From Tubulanus polymorphus (Eukaryota; Animalia; Nemertea), in the NCBI RefSeq assembly GCF_964204645.1, contig NC_134025.1:26826299-26890298 (forward strand): a DNA stretch of 64,000 bases, written 5' to 3'. Made by a program: the position numbers and the translations under genes. Below the pieces are notes generated by a model. That model saw only the letters and a program-made list of their open reading frames with translations. It had not been told where the DNA came from and made no database searches. This document shows, in pieces, positions 13,574 through 26,266 of this stretch. How positions within the stretch are numbered: the first letter of the stretch is position 1; each line of letters begins with the position of its first letter.

Positions 13574-14638
13574 CTAAATAATTGGCGGTTCTTGCTTACG
13601 GTTTTGCAACATTTTGATGAAATCCTGATCTATCGGAGGTTTTCCCATACCCATTGAATTTGGTTCAGGTTCTGGTTCCGGCTGTTCTTCTTTCATGTAT
13701 GAGACTGGTTTCACCGATGTATCTGGATCACGACAACCAAATAGCACTCCCAACGCGAATGACATTTCCGGGCATAACAGTAGGCATATGTAGAACGGCA
13801 AAGAAAAATAGATCAACCAAACGAACTGAAATGGATATTCCAATAAATCCACGGTCTTACTCGGCTTATGCATTTGTAAGATGGTGATCACGGTCTTCGG
13901 TATGAATGCCAAAATGAATATAATACTTAGTACTATAGATGTAGTGGTTATGTAACGGGATTCTTCATCTAAACGCCATCTGCGACAGTAAATGATTAAA
14001 CCTGTTAAAACGGCTACCGCAAGTACAGGAATGTAAACGCCAAAAATTGGCTGAATAAGATTCGACAGCCATACATTATATTCGGTTTGTAGACAACCGA
14101 ATGATTTCAGATGCGGAAAAAATTTCGTTACCAGAAAAGTGCGCGTAGTGAGAACGCCCGACAGGGCAGTGGCAATACCAATTTTTGTGAGGCCACATTC
14201 CCATGTAAGTTCACTTCCAATTTGCGCCAAAAACCGCTCGATCACCAACGCTACCGTTATCCAACAGGCGCCATTTATGGTAAACTGTCTAAAGAACTCC
14301 AAAACTAAACAAACTTCTACATTGGGTATTTCGAACAGGAATTGGCCGTAACGAGACATAAAAAACATGTTCATCCAGAATATCAGTTCGAAACATAGCT
14401 TAAGCGAATTAATGACACCCATAGCTATCATAATCACTCCGAAACAAGTCACTCTCATTTCGCGGTGGAACATTCCTGTAATCATAAATCCATTGCCGCA
14501 CAAACCGAAAAACAGTAAAACAGGAAATGCGTAAACGCTCCATTCTTTATGATTGTCCGGAAACTGCTTTGTTTTGTTAAACAACAATTCAGTGGCTGGT
14601 GATAACTGATATTGACTGTCAGAAACGTTATTTCCCAT
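13574..14638 (-). CDS. Intronless class A (rhodopsin-like) GPCR, invertebrate orphan/peptide-receptor type, 354 aa
   Basis: Seven hydrophobic segments, TM1 GLCGN, TM3 Cys and ERF (DRY-equivalent), TM5 IP, TM6 FIP, degenerate TM7 LPFYI; N-terminal sequons NVS and NKT. Confidence 0.88.
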   Translation of the reverse strand: MGNNVSDSQYQLSPATELLFNKTKQFPDNHKEWSVYAFPVLLFFGLCGNGFMITGMFHREMRVTCFGVIMIAMGVINSLKLCFELIFWMNMFFMSRYGQFLFEIPNVEVCLVLEFFRQFTINGACWITVALVIERFLAQIGSELTWECGLTKIGIATALSGVLTTRTFLVTKFFPHLKSFGCLQTEYNVWLSNLIQPIFGVYIPVLAVAVLTGLIIYCRRWRLDEESRYITTTSIVLSIIFILAFIPKTVITILQMHKPSKTVDLLEYPFQFVWLIYFSLPFYICLLLCPEMSFALGVLFGCRDPDTSVKPVSYMKEEQPEPEPEPNSMGMGKPPIDQDFIKMLQNRKQEPPII

Positions 14639-16911
14639 TTTATGAACGTTGATGTCGCTTGAAAGCTCAAATTTTCGGTACGATAGTTGATCTTAAACTA
14701 GCCCACTGTTCAAATATCCATCCGTGCGCCCGCGCTCGTTGAATATTGCCAGTCCTCCGACTTTCTCACCGAGTATGGCGGCCAACCTCCTCCCAATGAC
14801 GAATCTGGGTGTAACCAACTATTGCATGTTGGTGGAGCTGTGATTTGCAAGAGAAAATACCTGCAATCATTGATCGTGGAGATAGGAGTGTATGCATTAC
14901 ATCTCAGATTAATCTATATATGGATGGTGAAATAGGGAGGGATCGCGAATGATAGAAATAGACATAACAATGCAATAATATTACCTGATATTCAGAAATA
15001 GCCAGCTCAGTAACGTCGTCGTTATGATGAAACTACATCTGAATTTTTCCACTTTGTTCACTAGATGAAAACCTTCTATATCCTATAGGTGTTTATTCAA
15101 ATCTAAGAGAAAGTGTATAAGAGAATAGATACAGCATATTTTGCCTGCGGTTACTTTCCAAAAGTTTGATGACGTCATTCCAAAGTCAAATTTCATAACA
15201 TTTTATTTATATCCTATAGATAGAGTATAGGAAAATGAGCCAATAAAAACCCGACACAAGTTATTTGGAGAAACTTTTACAGGAAGATGTATGTATGTAT
15301 GTATGTATGAGAATATCGTCAATACTCAATAAGCTAGATGAATATAATAACTAAAGAACAGTATTTGAATTCTACTCAGTTTTGAGGCAAAATGCTGAAT
15401 ATTCGATTTTCACTTAAAGATTCTAGTTACTAATCTTGGATCTTGATGTTTTCAGATATCAGTCTCTCTATTTGTTACATAAATATGCAGCATGCGTTGT
15501 TTGTGTATATCTGCTCCACCCTAGAGAAAACATATCGAGTTGTTATGGCCGGCAGGCTTTTACACATATATTCGAAAAGTTTGTTTGTTCTTGCTAGATT
15601 TGATTATGAGTTGCTTAGCGAATCGAAACGTAAAGACAAACTCGAATTGTACCAAACACAAGATTGTGTCACACCTTAAACTGTTTGTTTGTTTTGTAGC
15701 CGTGTTTTTTCTGTATATTTCCGCATCCAGGTTATGACGTCGTCATATTTACATCAAAACAAACACCACCAATTCAGTTACAGTTTTAGTTTGCTAATAG
15801 AAATTCTAGGTGATAATGAAGTACTCAAAGTGTTAATCAAAAAACCATGCTAAGCCACAAATAATGCGTTATTACTATGTTTTTAGTTCGAGCTAATGTC
15901 TGTTATTTGTGTGTCTTTATATTCATACAGAAACTAGGTTACTAATGGGAACCTTGGGAAATTGATGTGAGAAAATACACGATTTATAGCATTTGAATTG
16001 CGTGAGTTTATTAAAGATCCTTGAATACAATTATGTTTTTATTTCATTCGCAGATATAGTCTCTGTAGGTCGCCCGAATTACAGGTAAGCAATCGACTAT
16101 GAATGTTACTATTTAGACAGAGGTATTTTTTCGTAGTTCAGATGAATGTTTCGGAAAAATGGGCAGTTGATTGAAAGTAAATTTTACGCAGTAGACACAA
16201 ATTTCCGTTGATATCAATCATTTCGATTTCCTGAACTTCTCGTAATTTCACATTGAGCGTTTCTATTTTCATAACGTACGGAAGCCTAATAAGAGTTGTT
16301 AAGCTCATCCATTTGCTGACAGCCAATGGTTATTGACTTAATAGTGAAAATCCTATGTTTATATTATTTCAGTCTACATCGAATAAATGACCGGCTTAGG
16401 TCAGCTGAATTGAAGCATTGAAACCAGTGAATTAATTGAAGTGTGGAGGACGACATATCAGTACAACTTGGAAACCACAGCGGAGTCATTGCTCTGATAG
16501 AGAGGAGGACAGAGAGAGCATTCTATGTCGGAAACTGTATCGGTAAGTATTATTGAAAGTATACTATCTATCAGTTCTTTATGCTATTCCCTGATCCTTA
16601 ATCTAAGCAAATTTATATTTGGTGGACACTATTTTCGTATTTGTGACATTTCAAAGATGTAGCAAAATGTTACATCAAATTACAGTGTGAATCTAAACTA
16701 CCGTTATGTAATATAGGAATGGATCTTCGAATACTTTCTTCCAAACCTTTTTTCAACGATGTCAGTGGAACGCCCGATTTAAACAAATATACATTATCTA
16801 TGTGATACATAACTAATGTTCATTTTGGTTACAGACAACTGGTTACTTGAGTTTTATGATGTAGATTAGGATTATTTTCCTGGTATTTGAGAAGAAGGTC
16901 ACCTGTGAAAA

Positions 16912-19900
16912 ATGAAACGTTTCATGTTAGCTTACGAACGGAGAAGATCCCATTCGGATTATGCAGATGTTCGTTTACACAGGTGAGACACTAAATTCTG
17001 GGTTTAGAATTAGGTCGAAAATACAGAAGATAATGGTATTTTCATCGGTGGCCGGGTCTAATAAAAATGGGTATCGCCAGGTATTCCTGGTACTTCTTGA
17101 TAGATTGATTTAATGAATCTAAATACCGTGTTGAATTCAATCTAAGTCGCCGATTCAAAGTTCAACTCAATCACTCGACGATATTGAAACGGCAATTCAA
17201 ATTTCACGAATGCTGGCTCATTTGCATAACCTATCACGCGACATACATTTCATCGTATATAACATCGGTTACGTGTGTTTGAATGAAACCCAACAGCATC
17301 TAATCACGTTTCTTCAAGCACAACAGAGTCATATATTCGGTTATCTTCTGAACTAAAAGAAATTACTTTATTTAGTAATTAGATATCATTGCTGCACTTA
17401 GCGTTTACTTATACTGTTAAACTGGCATTCCCCGTGATTTCACCCTTTCGAGATCTTGCAGCAGAATTTTTAGCTTCAACTTAAAACTTGGCGCGTATTT
17501 ATTGACGTTGCGCAATGCCTTGAATTGATAACTGGATAGCAACAGCCAGTTCCGGAATATTTCATAAATTACTGTCGAAAATGTTCAATATCAAAACACA
17601 TCAGGCATCCTCTCAGTAATCGTGTTGTCAATGAAGCAGCCAAGTGTGATTTCCCTGTTTGGTATAAACAGACGCAGTAGTTTAGTTTCTAATTAGTAAC
17701 GTATTGCCACGAATTATACGGGCACCAAGACTGTCATATTTGGAGGCCAATAGAGAATCTCTGTTTCCAAAAAACCTAGTGACTTTATTAGAAGATCTTA
17801 TACAAGACAACTCCGGCGAGTGTTCCTTGATCTTGAGACGATGTTAAGTATGAAACTGAAAACTCGAACGAACAAAGGACTAACTGTTGTCGAAACCGTT
17901 GAATGGAAAACTAGCAAATAAATCGAGGGCAAGTGACAAATTATATATATACTGTCGTCAATTATCATTCACTCGCACTTCTACAATTCATTATGTTTCT
18001 TCTGGATCTAAACGGCGTTCAAAATCCATACAATATCTAATGACATTATCTCAGCAATCATGCATTGGATATACAGAGCCAACGGGTAAGTGAAATGTTT
18101 TTTTACCGCTGTATCTTTTCTATGTACCTATGCGATTTCTTAAAACACTGGAGCCTATTCCAAGGTTGTGTTGGAATTTGGAAGTTAAGTTCAATCATAG
18201 GATATCTACTTATTCAAAGCACAATCAAAGAAATCGAAGCCGGGTATTTTGTTTTTTCTTAAATTTTCTATGTTTTAAATCCGTACGGTTTGAATTTGAA
18301 AAGTAATTTCATGTTTATTATGAATTAAGCAGTAGATAATCTTCTGCTTGACGTCGATACAATATTTGTACATTGAATTATTCTAGAAAAACTCCATCGT
18401 AGAAATATTCATATTATGTCGTATAACAGCGTTATACGACATAATACTGATTTCACAACACTGATTTCAATTAGATGTTTTAAAGCAGGGACCATACCTA
18501 TACTATATGCTTATTTCATCTAATTAGATCCGTTTCGGGAGCGTATTTCGGGTTTCTTTTGAATTCGCTTTCACCAATACACAAATCATTAAATGAAAGG
18601 CTAAATTGTGAATTCTATGCACCTTGCTGAGAGAGATATAAACAAAACGGGTGTTTAGGCGTCGATGAATTGTCGACGTATTGGAAACCGATTTTTCGCA
18701 GACGATTTCTGTTTGTTTGTTGTCTGTCGTATCCGTCGATGCATTAAGCTGCCCCGTAACCTAATATAACATTTAGTCCTAATCGATAGCGGGAGATTTT
18801 GCTCATACAAATTATTTATTCCTAGGAAAAATATGGACGTTAATACTTAATAATCGTTTTTGCGCTTGAGACGATTTCTATGCTCGGTCTTTCGATGGTG
18901 AATTAATCAGGATTATGTTTCCATGGAACTGTTTTCCGTGTGACGGCCACAAAAACAGCCCTAACCTTTATACTAGTGACGTAATGATAATTGATGAATA
19001 TATAAAAATCCAGTGCTTATTGTTTAACGTCGCAATTAAAAGCTCGCCTATAATTGAACCCCTGCTGGTGACACTAACTGGTTCTTTATTTTTGAATAAA
19101 TATCTTTTTGTAAAACGAATAATATATATATATTCTTTGAACGAGAAATTGGGCCGAATTTTTTTCATCTGAAAGAGGATAACCGGTGTTTTATTATATA
19201 TCTTCTATCAATATTTTAACGAAAGAGAACAAATACGCTGCTCACCGCTATTTTATATTAGGAGACACGTCGTCAGTGCTGACAGCCTTAAGTAAAAAAG
19301 CAGGTCCTAATGTTATTGCACGTACACTCAATAGATTGACGGCCGTAATAAAAATCTGGAATTCAGGTGACTTTTGTTGTGCTTTGTAACGACCTCCATG
19401 GATCATTTAATCGTTCGAGATATTGGGAAATAGAGAGAGAGAGAGAGAGAGAGCCGAATATCGACCGATCAAGCGCCATTCGTTGCTTCAATTTCTGATT
19501 CTTCGGTAAATGTCGAGGAATACATAAAATGAGAACGAAATGAAGCTGAGGACTATGGCTCGTAAGAACTACGTAATTAACCTTCACGTGATACTTATAA
19601 AAGAAGTTTTATCTTCTATTAACGTCGATCGGCTTCTGTGTATGGCATCATGAATAACGCATTTCATATACATCTAAAGGATTGTAAATGAAGATACACT
19701 GAAACTGATGAGATTTTCATTCAGTTGTATATACGAGATATAGACCGCGTTACGAAATGGTTAAGAGCATCTTATGAGACTTCGCTTACATATCGTTATG
19801 GGATTATCAAGAACATATCTGAAAAAATAAAACTGGCATTACATATCTCCGATGTGTGTATTGTAATACAAAACCACTACTTTCTTCCATGTATGGTAAA

Positions 19901-22463
19901 TGGGATGAAAATGGTGACGTGTAAGTAAGGGAGGAAATGTGGTTTCGCGACAACATATGTAAATACTTATAATGTGATAATTGGACGCCTCTCTTATATA
20001 AGTGATAACATAGGAACAAGCGGAATAATTACAAGCGACAGTCGTATCCAAACGTATTGATTAAGGGTTGTAAAGCATGAATAAAGGCAGGATGAAACTG
20101 AAATTACTAAAAGACGAACTGCCGCCGATAAGCAACACGAGATGGCAAGAGAGAAAACGACCAAACAGGTACAGTTAGAATCGACAGAGGTGATCAGGCA
20201 GGAAAGTACATTGTTGATTCCCCGGGCAGGTACTTTAACGAAAAGGTTGTCCAACTGATTACGACATTATTAATGATTTATACACCACTTTTCACCTGGA
20301 GAAATATAGGCATGGTTGATTTCTGCTCACGTTTGATTCATGCCTTCCGGGTTTCGAAAGGCTATTCCTGTAAAACAGCAAATATAATAGGCTCACGTAC
20401 AGAAAGCAAAAACTGAGGTCCGCGAGTAAACGTTGTATTTATGGTAGATTTAATCTTAAACTGATTGCAAGGTGGACCAAAATATTTCCTGTCTTGGGAC
20501 AATATCCAATCTCTAATACACGCACGATGGATGTGCTGATTAAGGTGTTCACAGATCGGAGCCAAATGCATTTTCTTATAACTCGTAAGTTTTTCATATA
20601 ACGAAGATTTTCACACACACACGGGTCATGAAGTATCTGGATTGGATTGGATGTAGAAAGAAATTTTCTGCAATTTTTGAACAAATGGTTTTAATAGATA
20701 CGCTTAATATAGACTTTAGTACGTGTATCATATTCTATATTGGTGAACTAACATTCAAGATAACAATAGTCTCATCTAAGATCGACCGTTCATTTACTCC
20801 TCTCATTTGCCTAAAGCAATTGATATCAGTTAGAATAGAATCTTCGTACCATCAAAGAAACTAGCAGTAATATTTATCTATCTATAGCATCTTTGCTAAG
20901 TATGGAAATTCCATATCAAAGTGAGTGCGCTGCATGACTTTATCACTGCATTGTACCTAAAATAGTTTCTCTTTTCAAATATTATTTCAAATTTTTACAT
21001 ACGATATATTCTTAATACGATATTCCATCAAACTGTATATTCCATGAATGCGAAAATATATGCTCTGTAATCTGGGTAATGGGTAAGAGCTGCAGTTAAC
21101 TAATCTTTAAAAGAAGAAGATGGTTAAAATGAAAATGCTAATACTAGATTATTACTATACTTTCAGATTGATGGAAAAGGCTGGTTTGATCCACCAAGAT
21201 CGAGAGAAGAATAAAAGGAATTTATATGATGAGTCTCGTCAAGCGTCTGAAAGACAGTCCGAGTACTTGACTAAACTCAGAAAGCTAAGACACGATCTCA
21301 TCAATCAAGAAACGAACAATCTAAACACTGCTTTAGAGCGCATCCGCAGCAACAACTTCAATCAAGATCGATACAGCCAGAAATCCAAATCAAAGAGAAA
21401 ATGTGACGTAGGTCCGGATTCGTTCCCGAACAGACATCAGCAACTCGTCGCCGAAAAACAAGAGCGAATCAGACGTCACAGGATGGGTAAAGCTTCCCCG
21501 AAACTAGAACCTATCGAAGGACACAGAGTCGACAGCCCCGTGTCTCAACAATCCGGCCGAGCTGACAGTTCAGTGTCATTACCTAGTGATCGAATTTTGA
21601 CACGCGCTTATCGAGAGGGTGACGTCACTAACTCGTTAAGATCATACCTTCAACCGACGTCTAGTATCCCAAATATTGGATCACGTGCGTTGCGTTCACC
21701 AGAAAAAGGGTTACAACTAAACGTTCAATCCGAGTGCGGTTTACCTCGCGATAGCGGCACCAGCAAACTAAAAATACACACGAAGAATTCCGAAGTCACA
21801 AAAAACAATCAGTTTAATCATTGTGTTTGTAATAACAACGTCCCATTTCAGAAAGATGTCATTAGTTTGTCACCGACCACTCAACGCTGTTATTACTATG
21901 AAGATTCCGACTATTCCGTTCCCAATTCTACACCCGTGCACTCGTCTCATGGGAAACGGGATGACCGGTTTTCTTCTCCCGGTTACCAAGTTCAACGTTA
22001 CGACGTTGAGCCTAAAAAGGCGTATTCTCCACGAAGACCGAAACAGCACGTGAAAAAGACGTACGGTAGTGACAATTCCGATAGCAGCCGAAACGGCAGC
22101 AGATTTCCCGAAATCGAAGCTATAAATGGACGTTCCATTATTTTCCGACCGGTGAATCAAAGTGAACATGTGAACGGTAATGAAAATCCGTGTTCGTGCC
22201 ACCGAAATGAGGTAATAGATACGGAATCGAATCGTCGCCAAATTGTCGTTGAAATGCCTAACATACTTTTTAGTCCAGGCTCGCCGGAAATAACACGTAG
22301 CCAATCCCCGGGTCAGAGGACAACGTACAAAAATTCGTTGGTGAAAACTTATAGACAAAATGAATTAAGACACAAAGAGATTAATAACCTTCTAGATGAC
22401 GTGAAGGAGCTGAATCTAAAAACTGAGTCGCTCAGTCAGGAGTCGAGTATCTGTCGAACCTGA
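16912..22463 (+). CDS. Uncharacterised coiled-coil / disordered protein (weakly CCDC190-like); large coding exon 21167-22463 with candidate alternative first coding exons
   Basis: 447-codon ORF with acceptor tttcag|A at 21166/21167. Phase-2 ATG exons at 16912-16982, 18060-18085 and 20077-20168 all join in frame. Upstream non-coding-looking exons at about 16054-16085 and 16373-16542. Confidence 0.7.
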
Positions 22464-22724
22464 ATGAACCCGTAATAGCGTAACACATTTCTAATATCTG
22501 GTCAAACTGTAGACAACATGATTATTATTACTTCCATTTTAGAAAAAAAACATATAATATATAACATCACTGAATAAGATAGTTTTACATGTGCAGTGTT
22601 TGTTGCCTTTTGACTTCTACTGATCAAGTTCTAGAGAGTTATGGGTAAACATTTGAGAGAATTAACAAAAAGGGAACTGAATTCGACACCACTGACTGAA
22701 TTCAACTCAATCCATGTAAAAGTA

Positions 22725-23525
22725 TCATCTATTCGCTGTCATATTATTTTGGAGAAAGATATTCACTTTGCGTTGAATTTTTGCCGAATGCTTTTGTATT
22801 GTATCCTTCATTTGATTGCGAACATCCGATTTATCGGGTAAAGGTTTTGTTTTATTCTTCCTGTGCACTTTTGGTTTTTTCAACGGAACGTCTTGATTCG
22901 CACAGTCTTTGACAGTCTTAGAAACCACGTTTGGAATCATACTCGGCGATGTTTGTGTAGAAATGTTACTAATTCGATACATACTCGTGTCGGGTAATTT
23001 ACATACTGACGTTTTGTCAAAATCGATATCCTTCTGTAAATTATTCTTTGCGTTGATGTTCATCAGCTTTAGATTATTCTCTAAAACGTCTAGTCTTCGA
23101 GATACAAGATGTGGACGTGAAAATATTGACGGAAGATTAATAACTGAGTACGGTTTCGCGGATTCCTCGGTCGATTCTACGTCGATTTCTTCGGTAGATT
23201 CTTCAACGATACTGTTCTCAGGATTTCCAGATTCTTCCTCAGGAAGTTCGTGTATCTTTTCCAGTATTTCGATATTGTCTTGTCTTTTTTCGCGGCCATT
23301 AAATCGCTTTCGAGAAGATCTCCTAGTGCGTGTATCCAAACCACGGAGAATATCGTGTTTGTTCCGATAATAACGCTTTCTCTCTTTCTCTTTTTGTCGG
23401 TCGAGATTACTTATCTGACGAGTGAGCTGATTTTCGGCTATTTTCATGGCCTTTTCAGCCAAATTGAAACCAATTTTGTCTAAAATATCGCCATGTACTG
23501 GAGGAATACATATTTTCTGGTCCAT
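22725..23525 (-). CDS. CCDC190-like coiled-coil protein (from MDQK...), single exon; frame stays open upstream to the Ly6 stop
   Basis: Long ORF. FNLAEKAMKIAENQLTRQISNL resembles the CCDC190 N-terminal helix ([22 protein letters not shown], from memory); acidic linker; C-terminal helix KIQRKVNIFL. Confidence 0.6.
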   Translation of the reverse strand: MDQKICIPPVHGDILDKIGFNLAEKAMKIAENQLTRQISNLDRQKEKERKRYYRNKHDILRGLDTRTRRSSRKRFNGREKRQDNIEILEKIHELPEEESGNPENSIVEESTEEIDVESTEESAKPYSVINLPSIFSRPHLVSRRLDVLENNLKLMNINAKNNLQKDIDFDKTSVCKLPDTSMYRISNISTQTSPSMIPNVVSKTVKDCANQDVPLKKPKVHRKNKTKPLPDKSDVRNQMKDTIQKHSAKIQRKVNIFLQNNMTANR

Positions 23526-23687
23526 TTTGAGTAAACTATATCCGCTAATGGAAACACATTTAGCGTTGTTTGTTGCACCCCTCGCTCGTGTTATAAACAC
23601 TGCCAAATCTAAATGTGTGTACACTGATTCACCGAGACTAATTCTCAAGTATCTAAGAGCAGTAGTACGAAGAATATGCGGCTGATA

Positions 23688-24353
23688 TCACAACGAAACT
23701 GCAAAAATCGTCAACAAAACACTGACAAATTTCACATACGCCATCTGCCGTATAGGTGTTGCCGATGCGTAGAGTGAAGTAGGATCTTTATCGTTACAAT
23801 TGTCGGCATTGCAACAGGACACGCACATCGATCCAATTCGCCCTGTGCACATTCCATGTTCCATCCAAGACTTGAATTGTACACTACAGGCGGATGCCGA
23901 TGTGCAACGTTTCGAAAACTTTCTACCTGAAAAATTGAAAAATCACAGAAAAACAGTAAAGATTGTTTCACATATGCCCGAATCTCATCAGTTATCTTGC
24001 CATTTACCCCAAGTAAATTGCACTGCCTCCGAAATACACGTATCCTCCGTTGGATGCATGCAAACTTCTTCGTCCTCGGGTTGATTACAGTCGTAATGGT
24101 GCTTTGCTTCGCATTGGTAGCATTTTAGTGCTGTAATACATATATAATTGATATAAATGCCTAGGATATGTAATCTTGTGTGTGTAAAAGTATAAACGCA
24201 TAGAAATGAAATGTAAAAGTACATTAGTTATCATGTAAAGAAAAATAAATCATCAATTTAGCTAGTCTTACCTGTGACAAACTGAGATTCAACCATCAGG
24301 TGGTACAGGCAAATGGTGGCCAATAACTTATTCGCCTGCATTAGAAAAATCAT
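23688..24353 (-). CDS. Ly6/uPAR (three-finger, LU domain) protein A, probably GPI-anchored, 3 exons
   Basis: Signal exon, then ALKCYQCEAKHHYDC...C...TC, then RKFSKRCTSASAC...GMC...SMCVSCCNADNCND and a hydrophobic C-terminus (YVKFVSVLLTIFAVSL*). Phase-1 introns typical of Ly6 genes. Confidence 0.9.
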
Positions 24354-24722
24354 TTCGTTCGATATTCCCAAATTCTTATAAACTAGCCTTTATGTATGTA
24401 CATTATTCCTTTGAGTTAGTTACACAAATGATTTTATCGAATATATTGGACACTTGAGAGAACCTTCCTATTTACCGATCAAATATTGATCAGATCTAAC
24501 CCACTTGATACAACAGGAATTTCTAATTGAAGTTCAAACAATTATGTACAACTTTTAAAAATCTGGGTCATAAGATTATTTATGTGCGCCAATTTTAAAT
24601 CCCCACTCTCTTTAATAGCAGCCTCTGGCTAAATACATTAAAGAGATGAACGATATGTATGTTGTTTGCAGTAGACTCAGGATTTTATATTCATTTAGTC
24701 CAATAGACGTAATACAATATCA

Positions 24723-25474
24723 ATGGAAAGTATGTTGTTTCGTACCCTTTTATTCTATTTTGTCTCAAACGTACTTTTTATAGTTAATGTGGAAGGTAAG
24801 TTATAACATTTTTTTTCGAATGAAAAATTGTTTAGATTCATTTCTAGCCTTATCAAATTATTTTGAAAAAATGTTTTGATAGGGAAGCGTACTATTTCAG
24901 ATTTCTTCAGGGACTTGAAAATGTGTACCGGCCAGCTAACTCAATGAAAATCAATTTTTAAATTTCTGTTTTACAACATCTGTAGCATTACGGTGCTACG
25001 TTTGCAGGCCACAATACAACATCGATTGTAAAGAAACAAAACACCTCAGAAAATGCAGTGAGGCAAAGCAAAATGCATGTGTATCACAAGTAATTCGTGT
25101 TGAAAATGGTAATATTAACATCAAATACCCAAAAAATATTTACGTCCCATTCTTTTCTGTTTCAATAACACAAACGTACAATCTCTGAATTCAGTATCAG
25201 GTACAAAGACTTATATATTTTTCATTGAACAATAGCTCGAATATTTTCAAAAAGATGCGAAACGCTAACTAAGGCTGCAATGACGCTGGCGAAATGGACG
25301 AAACGTGGATTGTGCACGGGAAAACTGGGATCTATTTGTATTGCATTTTGTATGACTGACGCCTGCAACCATAATGACCCTGCAATTGAATTCAGCGAAT
25401 ACCGGTCATCAGCATTGCAAACAAACTCGAATTGGCCTTCATTTTGGATACTTTTGCTATATTTGGTTATTTGA
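24723..25474 (+). CDS. Ly6/uPAR (three-finger) protein B, probably GPI-anchored, 3 exons (24723-24795, 24986-25108, about 25236-25474)
   Basis: Signal peptide, ALRCYVCRPQYNIDC...C...AC, RIFSKRCE...GLCTGKLGSICIAFCMTDACN, hydrophobic tail. Clear paralogue of protein A with the same intron phases. Confidence 0.88.
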
Positions 25475-26266
25475 GTGATAATTTTGAAAATACATTCGAA
25501 CGCTACATTCATAGTTCCAGCGGTATATCTATAGTGTATGTAACTGGTATCGATAAATCAGTAAAACCAGCTGGCTAAGTTGTAATCGTTCGTGGATCAG
25601 GTTGCTAAGATCGGAAACATGTCATATTTCCATAATACTGAACTGATATTAGTACGTTTATACATGTTTAGTAAATTGAAATTCTTATACATGAACCTTA
25701 AGATTGGTGTATGAATGAAAATGAAATATATATATAACGTATCAGCCTTATTAAATTCATTTACGCAAAAATCCATTTGAGTTTTGTTTTTTGGGGCGAT
25801 TGCTGTATATCAGTTACTTCAATGAATCAATGAAAATGTTTCGAAGTTATAAAGATTAAAGAAATATAGCTGACGTTTCGTTTAAAACAATTACATTCTG
25901 AGTAACTCAAACGACATGTGTTTATGTCGGCTAAAAAATCAAACGATACCCTGTATTCAAGAGTACTTGGCCACAGTATAATATAAGACTCTGATATATA
26001 ATCCGTGTAGTTTTGTATTGTACGATTCAAACCAGCAAAGATTCGTAGGACTTAGTGCGCAAAAGTTGGGCTCCATACAAATTGAAAACATTTTACTTTC
26101 GAAAGAATCGTATACATAAATTGCGTAAGTCTGTTTTTTATTACATCTCTGACATCGTATCACCTTTAGTTATATTCGTATGATGTGAAAAAACGTGTCA
26201 GAATTCTATAAGAATTCAAATAATTTCAGGCGTTTGTAAGGCCTTTCGTCTGACTCTTACAGCAAA

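Noticed and set aside
21870-23370. ORFs 21870-22358 (-) and 22909-23370 (+)
   Set aside because: Antisense to longer, more protein-like ORFs; no motifs.
23688-23690. Selenocysteine reading of the Ly6 TGA
   Set aside because: The position follows a GPI-type signal rather than a redox motif, and I did not recognise a SECIS by eye; not computationally tested.
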